DNA of 51,275 nt, filler included, from Sphacelaria rigidula (Eukaryota): NCBI GenBank assembly GCA_964200075.2. It is 3 parts of 3 records of this genome, joined end to end, with 100 filler letters (N's around TTAATTAATTAA, not from the genome) between each part and the next. Parts side by side here need not be neighbours in the genome. Positions count along the whole stretch, not along the records: positions 34,255 to 51,275 come from CAXNAA020001185.1; 2 more parts are not named here. One strand, written 5' to 3'. The notes under the pieces were generated by a model. That model had not been told where the DNA came from. It did not search any database and saw nothing but the letters and a program-made list of their open reading frames with translations. The position numbers were made by a program, and so were the translations under genes. Shown here piece by piece: positions 35,032-48,200 of the stretch. Position 1 is the first letter of the stretch, and the number at the start of each line of letters is the position of its first letter.

Positions 35032-38000
35032 CTTTGCAGGTGAAGAGCACAAGCCAGGCAGTTTTTTCGTTCAACATGAGAAAAATGAGGACAAAAGTAT
35101 AGTAAAACAGCAGCTGGGGGAGGGGGAGGGGCATGCACTGCCGTAAATCAACATGATGATGATTATCGTGTTCTTCAACGCCGGGACAGTTGTGAATGTT
35201 ACGAGAGTGACCCCCCTCCCCCAATGCCTACGCACCTTGCACTAGATATATATTCAGCGTCAGATTACGGGGAACGCCGAGCGAACAATCGCTTGGACCA
35301 CGTTCGAGCATGCGTGACAAGGAGTTGAGTACGATGAAAAACTTGTTGACAAAAGCAGCCGTGATACCCACTTGAGCGAATAAATCCTGACGCGGCACTC
35401 GTAGCTGGAAGACATCACAAAATCAAACAAACACCCCCCTCCTCCCCACCCTCCATGCAAGATCATGAGTACACCCCCTCGCCCGGCTCTTGACACTAAA
35501 ACAACAAGCATGACCAACAGACCGAACGCCGTTCCAGAAACTACACACCTCAGCCTCCGCATCCTGCTGCTCCTCCTCCTCCGCCATCTCACCCGCGCCC
35601 TCACGATCCCTGTCTGGGCCTCCGTCACCTTCCACACCCCCAGCCGTGGCACCCGTCGCAGTCGCCGCCGCCGCCGCTGCTGCGCCCGCGCCGCTACCGG
35701 CGACAGGACCAGCGGAGTCGCCCGCACCATCTTTCTGCCCATCCGAGGGTCCCTCGGGTTGATCTTCCCTGGCCACGGCTCGAGATTCGGCCTCGGCTTG
35801 CTTGGCAGCGTCTGCCCGTTGTCGCGCGCGGTTTCTGGTAGAAGGAGAGAGAGCACGCCGTGTGAAGGCATCGCGGCGTGATGGGCGAGCGGGTGAGGAT
35901 GGGATCGTGGGACGGGCATGGGGAATGTAGCACTACTATTTCGCGATAGAAACGACGTTGGTGAATATACGTTGTGGGGTGCGCCTCACGCGCCCAAAAG
36001 CCTTCCGGAAAAAATGCCCATAGTATCGGGTTGGACAGTAGCAACGTGCGGTAGCGTTGACGACGAGACACTCCAAGCAACAGCACGAACCGGGGTAGAT
36101 ATTCTCCAACAATTGCAGCCTCCGTCACTGCAAACCTCAGAGAACAAAAATTTCGTCGAACATCAGCGCTAAAATAGATGAAGCAGGCAGAACACCTACG
36201 AAAAAACACAGAAAAGTGCGCCACATTATCTGCGAGCCGAGGTCTCGCACATACCTTGCCTCCTGAACCTTTTTGGAGTTACCGTCCAGCATCAGGAATC
36301 GCCACTGCGACAAGAGCATGGACGTGAACTCTTCAACAGCACCGAGGTCCCCCATTCCCGCCGATGACGAAACGCCTGCCGCCACCTCCAGCAAAACTGC
36401 GCCGGCCCCGCCCTTCGAGTGCCTCCCGGGTGTTGGCGTGGAGGCTGCCTTGACAAAGTCTGATGCGGTCGGCGGGTGAAGAAGCAAAGATTGCGCAGCT
36501 TTCGCAGCCTGGAAGCGGATAATTCCCACCAGCAACTGTTGGTCCAACACAGCTGGTGTCAGAACATCAGACAGACCCTCACCACCGACAGCACCTTCGG
36601 TGGCGGTGGCATGTGAACTTTGACCGACGGCGCCGGGCGGTAGTGGCGGCGACATCGACTGCGGCGGGCTCAGGTTTGCGGGTGAGCGCCCGGGTTCCGA
36701 AAACGCCGCGTTGAGGCTCCTGTCCAGACACCACAGCGTGAGGGTCTCGAGAACACGCTGCGCAAGACCCGGCGGCAGAGCCCCTGCGCGCACTGGTACG
36801 TTTGGCACGGCTTGCAGGTAATCCAATGGAACGACACGAGGTTTGCGGGCATCCCCCGCGCCACACGCACCAACGGCGCCGCCGCCAGCTCCGGCACCAC
36901 CGTCGATCACGACTTCCGCCTGGCCTTCTGCGAGGCTGAGTGAGACAACCATACACGGCCGTCCACTTCCCGAGCGCCCGGCGCCGGCGGAACTCGACCC
37001 GCCGCCGTACGAGGCGAACCCGCCGCCGCCACCGCCCCTCCCTCTACCATCCCCGTTGGCTCCGCCTGCTGCACGTTCGAGTCCAGACAAACCGAACATG
37101 CTGCGGCCCATGCGGACGCCCCACGCGGAGACTCCCGAACCCCTGGCACCGCGGATGCCGCCACGCGAATAGACCCCGTAGTCCAGCGGCATGATCTCCG
37201 CGCTCGCGCCGGGGTATAGCATGTCAACGTGGCCGCCCAGAACCGATAGCGCACCTAGAGTTCGGAGCAGAGTGCCAGTGGTGCTCGGCGGTGCCGTTGC
37301 ACCCCGGAGCGACCCTTTCACCGCTCCTCCTGCAGCCATCGCCGGTGTCGATGCTTCGGGTGCAGCAGGCGCGGCCATAGGAGGGTCGGACGGCACCGGA
37401 ACAACGCTGGCTCCCGCTGTAAAGGCTGCTGCAGTGATGTCGGCGCCACTCTGTGATCCAGGTGAGCCAATGTTTCTTGCGGTGGTGGGGGCATGGTCAG
37501 GAGAGCTCTCCGCACCGCCTCCGGTGCCTGTGGCACCTTCTCCCGCCGCGGCGGACTGTGGGATAGATGCACCTGAAGCTGCAGCGACGCTGGCGGCCTC
37601 AGCTTTCTCCGCCGCCTCTCTGGCGAGCACCCGCAGACAAGCGTTGCCCCTTTGGAATGCGTCCTGTAGAAGGGTGGCCGTGACTCCACTCCACGCGGAC
37701 GTTTGCAAGAGCGTTCGAAGTAGAGACACGGACTCACACACCAGAGGGCCCTCCAGCTGCGAGAACGACCACGCGCTTCGCCCTTGTTCCCTTCCCGCGA
37801 CCATCGGCGTCTGGCCGCGATACCACGACCGCAGCTCACGCAGAGTTCCTCCTCCGCCGCCCCGTTCGTCGGCAGCAGTCGCCGAGTCCCCTTCCCTGTC
37901 GCCGCCGAGCCATTCCGGCCTGGGGGTTGTCTGATAGAAGCTCCCGATTGCGTCCAGGAAATAGCACAGCAGGCTACGGGCAGGGATGAGGTCAGTGTGG

Positions 38001-39211
38001 GTAGAGCTGCTCAAACTCGTCACACGGACCACGGGTGGGCCCTTGCCAAGACGGCCGAGCTTTCGGCCGGTCACTGCCGCACCACCTGCTTCATTAGCAC
38101 TGTCGTCACTGTTGCTGTCGCCGTCGTCGTCTCCAGCCCATACTGCCTCCCCGGCCCGGGATTCCTTCACGATGGTCACGATTGACCAATCAGTACCGTC
38201 TGGGTGTGTGTCAATCTCCGCTAGGGACTCCGGCTCGCAGTGTGGGAGCAGGCGACGCAGCAGGCGCAACGCACGGCGCTGGGCATAGGGGGGTCCTAAA
38301 CGCAGGAGCCCAAGGAGGACAGCGATCCAGCGCGGCTGGGAAAGAAGACTGCGGCACGAATCCGTGGAGGAGACACATAACAGCAGCATCGTCACCTCCG
38401 ACACCAAGACCTGCAGCTCGCGACTGAGCGTCAGGCAGGCCAAGTCGTCTTGCATGTCCGCCAGTTTCTCGAACACCACCTGTTCTTTCTGTTTTTCCTT
38501 CTCGTCTTCGATGTCCTCGTTCTTCACGCGCATGTCTTGATCCATCGACACCTGGGCGCTCAATGATTCCGAGTCGCCGTTTCCAGTCCCATCTGTTGCT
38601 GCTCCTTGGTGTACAGCGGCCGGGGCATCCGTCACGGCGGCTTCGCCATCGCCTTCGGCTGTAGTCTCGGCGGGAGCCAGCACCGATTCTTCTTCGCTTT
38701 GTTTCCCTCCGGCATCATCACTTTCTAGCGAAGCTGCGGCCGCCTGTTCCTCGGCTGCCGCTGCTGCTGCCTTCTCACGTTCGGCCTTTAGGGCTTTTGC
38801 TCTACTCTTTGCTCGCTCAAGGGCTCTAGCAGTTCTAGCGCGGCGGAGACCACCAAGCACGGTCCTGAGCTCCACATACAACATCTCGAATACGGCATGA
38901 GATAAAGTGGCAGGCCCCGAGCGCGCGCGCTCAAACTGCGGGGCTCTCGTGTGCACCGCGGTAGCACCGAGCTCCGATGCGCTGAGGCCGCTGCTGCCGC
39001 TAGCTCCTGATTCTTCGCCTGAGGTTGCCACCTGTCCATTTTTTGCAAGTGGGAACGGTGAAGAACAAAGCCGAAGGTGGCGAAGACAGTAGATTGTCGG
39101 GAGTGCCGAAATGGGGAGGGTTGGGGGGGGGGGGGGGGGGGTTTGGANNNNNNNNNNGGGACAAACAGGGAGGGAGGGGAGGAGGGGGGGTGTTGGGGGG
39201 GGGGTGGAGAT

Positions 39212-39243
<32 letters not shown>

Positions 39244-42200
39244 TGTACACACGCCGCGACGACGACGTCGCTACAACTAGTTAGTTGTGAGAGTACTCGT
39301 TTCATGCGTGCCAGTCATACATATGTCGATACTGAGCTTCCATGGGATAATCGTGCCACATACTCAATATTTTGTTGTCTCAATGAGGACAAGGGTAAAA
39401 GAACAATACTTTCGGCTATCCAGACAGCCGCCAAAGTCGACCCTCTGGTCCCGCTGAAAACAATAATCACAGGCGCGTTAACTCCGTGACCGCGCAAGAT
39501 ATCGGACCTGCCTCCATATCAGCCATTCATCAACTTTGATCGATCTGCCTATCTCAACCATTGGTTTTGGCCATAAAAGACAAGAGCACCAGATGATATC
39601 AACCCTGGGCACTGGGAGCCGGGGGTCAAGAATCAACATAAACTCACACAACGTAACTTGTTTTTCAGCTAAAATATAACTGCATCACGCTTACCTGAAT
39701 GGCCAACAGATACACGAGCTTCATGGCGCCCTGCGTCAGCGAGTGCGACTCAGCGGATGCCACTTCTTCCTCGGCGGCCGCTATCGCTGCGGCGTGCGCT
39801 GCCGCAGCTGGATCCTCACCTTGCCCGCCTTCCGCACCTGCCGCCGTCAGGGGCGCCTCCTTCCCTACTGCCGCTCCCACGGCGGCACTACCCGACACAC
39901 GCTCGTCCCCTTTTAGCTCGCTGGCGCCATCCGAAGAGTCGTGGCAATCGATGGAGGGCTCTTCCTTCGTGAGTGGCAGCACCGCGGCAGCTGAGGGCAC
40001 CCGCCCCGTCGTGGTGATCGACATCCCTGGAGAGTGCTTGATCGTAGAGTCCAGTATATCCTGAACATTTGCGTGTTAGAAAATGACGTTTTTGTTGTAG
40101 GAGGACGTGAGAAGGGAGCGAGAGGGGAGGAGGCCACGGCAAAACAAAAAACATAAGAAGGGATTTTCAATACTAAATCGCCACGCCGCGATGTTGTAAC
40201 GGATCCACCTTGAGAGTTAGTGAGGGGAGAGTTCAGAGCTCGACTCTCAGCAGATACATTTTTGTATCACTCACACTATCTGATATTGTTGTTGAAAACC
40301 GTGAGGACCCGATCAGCAAAGAAAATATTGTTCGGCGAAAGTTGACGCGGTGCGGGGGTGACGGTCATGATTCAATCCGCGATACCAAAATGTCAGGCAT
40401 ATACCGGGACAGAGATGGGTTGATCCCTTGAGACTAGACTCTTTCCGAACAAAGGGGGAAGGGCTGAAAAAGCAAGACGAAAATGAAAACGCCGCTGATT
40501 TGGCCGAGATTTTCAACAGCAAGGGAGACAGAACAAGCGCACGTCAGTCGGAACTGTCATCAGAATAGCGGAGCGGAGCAAAACTTCGTACACAGGACGA
40601 CATCTCCCACAACATCGACGCAGAGAGCGGGGGCGCAGAACAATGCTGCCGTGCACACGCCCCACAGCTTTTACCGTAGGTTTCCGCCCTTTCTACACCT
40701 GCAAAATGTTGAATATGCGGACTCGTGCGAGCAGATCGTGATCGTTCTCGTGCACCTCCACACCCCACGCGTCCATCAATGCAAACTGTAGCGGGGCGTC
40801 TCCTTGTTGGGCAGCAGTTTCTAACTCCCCCGCAAGGAAAGAGTACAGCTTTTCGAACGCACCGCGGACCTGCAAAGTAGGCAGTCACATACATCAACGT
40901 GAAGAAAAAAAAATGATTGTATCAGGGGGAGGCGGTCAGATGCTGTTGGGCGGTGGACTTTGAAATGTACGAACAGAAGAAATACGGCGATCCGCCCTTT
41001 TCGTACACAGCAGAGACGATGCCACTGTATACACCACCAAAAGCACATGGGAATCATCTATGACATCGTTGACTTCACAAACACTCATGTAGACACCTGT
41101 TCTCCAATCGCCGTGAATAATGGCTATACACACACAAATACTCCCGCAATCCGTCGACAGTCTCACCAGAGACCACCAGGGATGGTTGCACAACGACGAG
41201 AATCGGTCGAGACCTTTACACTCTACACTTGAGTTATGCTTTTGGTCGTCTACCCACAGTCATCAGGCACGGGTGGATAGGCATCATCATCACAAGAGGT
41301 CCATGAATCATGGAACCGATTGTACAAATCGGTATATTAGAGTTCCGGAACCGTGCTTTTTGTTTGTCAGCCTAAGCCTTGTCAGCGTATGTATCTCACA
41401 AAGTTCGACACTTTCAATAAATCATATTTTGTCACACAGTACACAACGCACGCGAAACGCAATACGCTCAAAAAGAGGCATTTATAATTTTTCGGACCAC
41501 TTCATGAGATACACCCGGAGGCAAAAGTTGCGCTGACGAAATAAATGAGTTTCCGGAGCTCTCCATCACGACTAAGCGGTGTGCACCACGTTGGGAAAAT
41601 CGGGGTTCACTTCCCACATTTTTTTTCCCTTTTGGTTGAGATTCCGTCCATAAAAACGGTTCTTCGGATTGCTCCAGCTGCATCACTGACCGCAGCACAC
41701 GTGAGGAGTGCTTTAATTGGCAAAATACCAGTCAGGCTTACTGGCGCATCGCAACAAACCTCCTGTGCGGTTGATCGAGGACACCCAGCCAGTCCAGCCA
41801 AGTAGTGACCGCCTGGCAGCGGGCGAGAGTCCAGATACTGTCCCATGAGCAGCCCCATCCCCGTCGAGCCACCCGGTCGGGAAGCACGAGCAGCAGCCTC
41901 ACGCGCTATCTGCGGTAATTTGCGGAAGCCGACAAGGCGTTCAGGCGGGGATCATGGAGCCGGTGAAACATCCAACATAAAACGACCCGCGCACCCATCT
42001 AACGGGGAATCTCCCAGGTGTCCGGCAACTCAAGGCTGTGGGCGAGGTAGACATCCGAATCCATTTTTATAACCCTCCTGGTCCCCGTAGAGATTTGCCC
42101 TGAAATATATCTTCAAGTCGGACCCCTCCCATCTGTGTAATACATTAGGCATAATATATTAGCTTCGGTGCTGTCCGCCCGTGATTGAATGTCTTCCACG

Positions 42201-45200
42201 TGACGTATATCGGGATTATTTTGGAAGAGGACATCATTGCGCCCTTCGGTCCATGGCGACCTGTCCGCCCAGCTTTCAGCGTCAAAATCGCGTATAACAT
42301 GCTCGTCGTGTACGTTACGATAAACATTTTCCATGGAATGTTACGCTTCTCGGGAGGAATCCACCTGAAAATACAGGCAGTCAAGTACAAATCTCGCACC
42401 CCGTCTTTATGCAAGGCCACGGGACTGACCAAGTCAATGATACGGAGTTTCGGGCGAACGAACGAACCTGAAGAGCGATGGGGTCCGGACCTAGCGCAGC
42501 CAATCCATGCAGTACCCCACGCAGAGACGGAGGAACGTACAGGAGCAGGGCGGTCTTCACTCCCGATGAACCTTCTTGCCCTGTAGCCGCCAGCAACGAG
42601 CGCAGGGCAGTCAACCCGGCAGCTCTCCTTTTCGCCCGCCCTTCTGCCGCGAGCTGCCCCGCCCTGAGCTGGCACAAATCCACCCCAGCCTTGAGGAACC
42701 CCATCACCAAGGCAAGCCTCTCTGCATGCCGGGTCTCGAGTGCACGCAAGAGTGACCCAGAGCAAGACTCTGAACCCGACGGGAAGCCGCTGCCGCGGCG
42801 GCTCCACCCGCTGCCTCCTAAGCCGCCGCCAGTCGCTCCCGCCGACAGAGACCTCGGACCTGCTAGCCCACGGCTCGTCGGGGATGGGGAGCGTCGGCGC
42901 GGGATGGCCGGAGCGGCGGGGAAGTTCGCCGACGGATCCGCCGCCACCGATTCCGATGATGATGTCGACGATGTCGCCGCTTCGGCCGTGGCCGTTGCTG
43001 TGAACGCCTTGAACTCTTGCACGAGCCAGCCCACGGGGCGATCGCCCGTGGCCGGCTGCAGCGAGAGCAAAAAGCGGCAGTGTCGAGCCAGGCGCGCGGC
43101 CGTGGCCTCGTACGGCGTGCCGCGGTCCCTACGGCTCTTTGCCCAAGACTTGAGCCCTACCGCCTTCCTCCACGTCTCCAGCAAAAAGTATGGCGGCACG
43201 TGGGAGTCTACTCGAGCTCGGGCGGCCGCGGGGGCTCCCGCCAACGCCGTTCCCATCCGCTGCGCCGCGGCCGCGTAGCCCGAGTGCCACAACATCGCGG
43301 CGGCAGCCCCGCGAACTCCACGCGCCACCAACGGACCGCCTGTCCTCGCCAGCACCGGGTTCTCTCCGACGTGCTTGGAAACCCACTGGCTAAGCGTAAG
43401 GGCTGGAGAATCCGTCGCTCCATCGACCAACTCCCTCAGGAACACTTCTATCGTTCCGTTGCCTGCCGGTCCCATACCGCCGACCAGATCGTCTGTCATC
43501 CCCGCGCCGACATTGCTGATGCCGGGGCCGGCGGAGACGTTTGATAGCGAAAATGGTGCGATCAACCCGTTCGCGAGCAGTGGTGACTGTAGCCAATCGA
43601 ACTCGGAGGGTGCCGCGACACTGCTCGTCGTCCCAGCCTCCCCGCCGCTTCCGCTGCCGCTCTCTGATGGGGAGCTGCCGGCGGCGCTTCCTTGCTTGAC
43701 AGCTTCCTCAACCGCTGACCGGAGGTCGTTGGGAGCTTCACTGCCATCGAGTGATCCGATTCCACCACTGATGAGAGCGCCCAGCAGCTTGCCAGCGAGG
43801 CACGCTAGAACGACTTGGAGGCGGTTGAGGTTCACCAGACAACGTTTGGTGTGCTTGGTAAGAAGCTCCTGCGTCGAGTGTTGCACGTCGTGGAAATCGT
43901 TGCGAATGTGGAAGGCGATGTGCGAGACAAGACAACGAGTGAGTGCGGAACACAAGGCTCCAACAAACAGCACATGATTTCATTAGCGCACCGTAAGTCT
44001 GTCCCAATGCACACATACACACAGAAAAAACTATGCGCGATCAGCTACACCAAGACTACAGCAACATGCGATGATATACACTATCAGCACCACACTTGCC
44101 AGCTCTTTGTTTGACCGTGACCCATTGGCCAACCCCCGATTTCAGCAACTTTTTCCTGTTTTTCTTTCTTCTTTTCCCCGTCATACAAGCTGGGCCAGCC
44201 GAAACACGGATTGAATCTCTCACAGCAATATCTCAGTGACACAGACGAATTGAGCCGTGATCGGCATATCTGATTAATCGTCCGGTCAAAGAGGAATCTT
44301 CCCATTTGCTCGAAGCCTGGACCAATTTTTCCTTCGTTGATGAAACGCCATATCGAGCAAATTCCTATACCGTATGGAGATAAGGTCCAGACTAAAGTGA
44401 AGGCTAAAAATATCTATTCAGCGGATGAAGATTTTTGGTGCGGAATCACGGGGAAACGATCGACGCCCTCACCTTCACTATTCGTTTTTTATCTCGAGAT
44501 ATGGTGTACATGAGATTCCATGCTGAACTCAATGAATGAACGGAGGCACTAAATGCACTAAATCTGGATTTCGCGTCTCAGCTTTTGAAAGTTGTGGTTT
44601 GAAATTTGGTATGGAGAATCGCTTCGGCATTCTGAGAACAAGAGAAAGTGGGCATTTCGTTGTTAGTGAGTTGAGGGCAATCTCATGAAAAAGTGATCTT
44701 CACTACACTAAAAGGCCTTAACCCTTTTGGAACCCTCTCCTCTTGCCCTCGGGCCAAACGCCTCATTATGAGAAGCCCTGACAGAGGAAAATATGGAAAC
44801 AGAAAAGGCCGACGGCAACCATTTTTGTAATGAAAGACCGGAGAATAATCCAGTAGCACACGCGGCGGGTGAGAAAAAGTGTCCTCCCTGGAGATGCCGG
44901 GTGAGGTTTGTCCAATCATACCACGCAACGGATGAAGTGTGTCCGACTGTATCCATCGACAATAATTAGCAAAAACACTGTAAAACATTCCATTAAAAAA
45001 ACAGCAATGGGTTCCCGGGTCTAGTACGGCACATCGGTCAATAGGAAACCTTCTTTAGTTCCACTTTGTCACACGCACGGGTGTGAAAAATACGCATTGG
45101 GCGAGTATCGTTACGTCTGAGCTGTGAACCATCAACCATATCTTGCTCAAAAACCGTCAATTGAAAATGATCAATTTTTCATTGTGAGTTTCAAAAGGGA

Positions 45201-48200
45201 CAACTGATGAAAAAAAAATCAACGGGTCCTATGTCTTGATTCATCATGCCCTGGCGATATTCCGCACAAAGTTTCGAAGCACGAGTACCGAACCTGAGCC
45301 GGCAAGTGGCCTGCAATATACTGTTCCGAATTTCGACCGACCCGGGTGGTGAATCGCCCGTTCTCACCTCAATTTTGAGACCTAGACTTTCATATTTGGT
45401 ATGCAGAATGAACAGGACATCATAGAAAAACACGTGGGGATATGAAGATATTTTCTTCATGAGTTACAGGCAATAGTCAACATTCGATTTTCAGTAAAAT
45501 GTCCGTGAACTCATGACAAAAGGCAAAAGTTTTCTGTTCCGGCGTACTTTGTTTTTTTATTTTGCCATGTTCATTCTCGGAATCATATTCAAAATTCAAC
45601 TCTAAAAATTGAGGTGAGAATGAGTCTGCAACCTACAGATCTGCTACTAGGCTGAACCAGCTCGAAGTTTCAACCCTATGCCCTCCTCGGGAGTAGTCGG
45701 TGGTCTCAATTTATCAACCCATCTTTTTAAGGGTAGGTCGAGTAGAGTATACTTAATACTCAGTATTTTTGAAGGGTCATACTTTTAGTACTCAAAATTT
45801 GAGAAGAGTATTTGAGGTCGTACTCAACGTACTCAAATTTTGAGTAGAGGATTGAGGTCATACTCAAGTAATACTCTATACTCAAGTATTAATGAGAGTG
45901 CTTACTCAATATTTGAGTAGAGTAATTGAGGTCGTACTCGACCCAATCAAAATTTTAGTAGAGTATTTGAGGCCGTACTCGACCTCCCCAAATTTTGAGT
46001 AGAGTATCGGAGGCCGTAATCGACCTACTCAAAATTTGAATAGAAGATCTCAGGCCGGATCCCATGTACCGAAGACCTATAACTTCAACTTCAATATTCA
46101 AGTTCGTACGCACGATACTCGAACACGGGTAGAGGAGATACCGAGGTATTCCTAAAGTTGCCCACCCATGATTAGTGTTGATTCAAGGTCAAACTTTAGC
46201 AAACATTCGGATCTGAACCAAATCCTACAAAACTAGGGTAGAATGAGTGTTGGGTTATTGTCGAAGGGCCTCACGCGCTTTTTGAATTTTTTATGGCCAT
46301 CACTCGCCCATACTCCTTGTTGGCTGTGATGTAACGCCGCCCATCTACTTGATGGCCGTCGTTCGCCCATGTAGTCAATATAGTCTGTGAAGTGACGTCA
46401 CGAAGTCGCCGACTGTCGGAAATACTCACCATACCCAAGGGGTACTCTATACTCAAGTATTACTGAGAGTGCTAACTCGATATTTGAGTAGAGTATTTGA
46501 GGCAGTACTCGACCTACTCCAAATTTGAGTGGAGTATTGAGGCCCTACTCAAGTGATACTCTATACTCAAGTATTACTGAGAATAATAATAATAATAACT
46601 GAGATTGCTTACTCAATATTGGAGTGGAGTATTTGACGTCGTACTCGACCTACTTAAACGTCGAGTAGAGTATTTGAGGCCGTACTCGACGTGCTAAAAT
46701 TTTGAGTAGAGTATTGAGGGCATACTCAGGTGATACTCTATACTCAAGTATTACTGAGAGTGCTTACTCCAAATTTGAGTAGAGTATTTGAGGCAGTACT
46801 CGACCTACTCCAAATTTGAGTGGAGTATTGAGGCCCTACTCAAGTGATACTCCATACTCAAGTATTACTGAGAATAATAATAATAATAACTGAGATTGCT
46901 TACTCAATATTGGAGTGGAGTATTTGACGTCGTACTCGACCTACTCAAACGTCGAGTAGAGTAAATACTCGAGTATTTTACTCGAGTACTTAGAAGAATA
47001 TACTCTACTCGACCTACATTTGCATATTTCCCCCGGTAAACGACTCCTATTTAAAACTTACGGGACTGGGCCTCCAGTACGATCAGTGAGGCTGGTTAGG
47101 AATAACGTGTCCTGCATATGCATGAAACAGTGGCTTCATGTTGCTAAATATCCACGTATGTATGTAACGGCAGGGTTAGATGAAGACCGAAAGTTTCATC
47201 CAATCTATTTACAGGTGCAGGTACAAACCATCTGTACTATGATTCGGGTGTTGTGCGCATCAGGTTATGTACAGATGTATCAAGCAGTATGAGTCGCCGT
47301 GGAGAGCTTCCAACAGGATGTGGCAACCTGCCTGCAACTTGTGGCCTTGAATATTGTCCCCATCACCTTGCCACACAGCCTCTTGTGGTCAGGGTGGGCC
47401 GCGATTTCCCTCTTTGTTGAAAGCGGCAAATTTTCTTCGAACGGCATGGGCGTTGCGTCGCAGATACAGGACCGGACAGCACGCTTTTTCGAATGTAGCA
47501 GCAGCTGCCGCTGCATACTCTTTCACATGTTCTGAGCAGTTGTCCGCAACGCAGTATCAGCTGCCTATACACAGCTTGTACCGCTTCGACAGATGGATAC
47601 GCAGAACTCATGTCTCTAGCTCTGTCTTTCGTCCCACAGCGTTGCCAGATTCAGTCGCCTTGTTAACATGACCACATGTAGAGTAGGGTACACATGTATT
47701 CCCCAATTTCCCCTCGAGCACTATTTGTTGGTGTCATCAACTAGGTTTTACTTTAGGATGGTGAGCCACAAACCCGGGGAAGTGAACGTCGGACCTATGA
47801 AAAATGAAAGTAAATGATGAAAAAATCGGGAAACCGAGCCCCGGCCACTTGGGCTTTCTTTTGCTTCGAAGGCTTTTGGGGGGGCCAGGGACAGGGTGCA
47901 CACACAAAGTTGGTAGTGACGTCACTCCCGGCGAAAGCCCTCCCCCCCACTGGTCGTTCGGATGTGGTCGATAAATTTCGCCTCGCCCTGATTGGGCAGG
48001 TCGCTCCTAGACTTGTATATTATTATTTCACCAATACATGGTGAACCCCTTGTTACTGGCCTTAAGTACCACGAGGGTTCAAGTATCGCGGATTGGATCA
48101 TGACTATTATCAGCACTCTCAAACCGCGTCGAATCTCGCCAAATTCATCTTCACCTCTCATACGCTCTTACATTTTCAACGGCGGAAAGTAGATACACTC

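Noticed and set aside
39032..39250. Poly-proline N-terminus of the 1037-aa ORF
   Set aside because: It is an intronic poly-C tract with an N gap; the real exon starts at the 39031 acceptor, in phase with the upstream exon.
36273..43977. Long plus-strand ORFs (247, 266, 200 aa and others)
   Set aside because: They are antisense shadows of GC-rich HERC-like exons.
44701..44715. CACTA transposon left terminus (CACTACACTAAAA)
   Set aside because: No matching TAGTG right end or 3-bp TSD was found nearby.
45733..47017. CRISPR-like array
   Set aside because: Units are contiguous and degenerate with no unique spacers, are enclosed by TIRs, lie in a eukaryotic intron, and have no cas genes.
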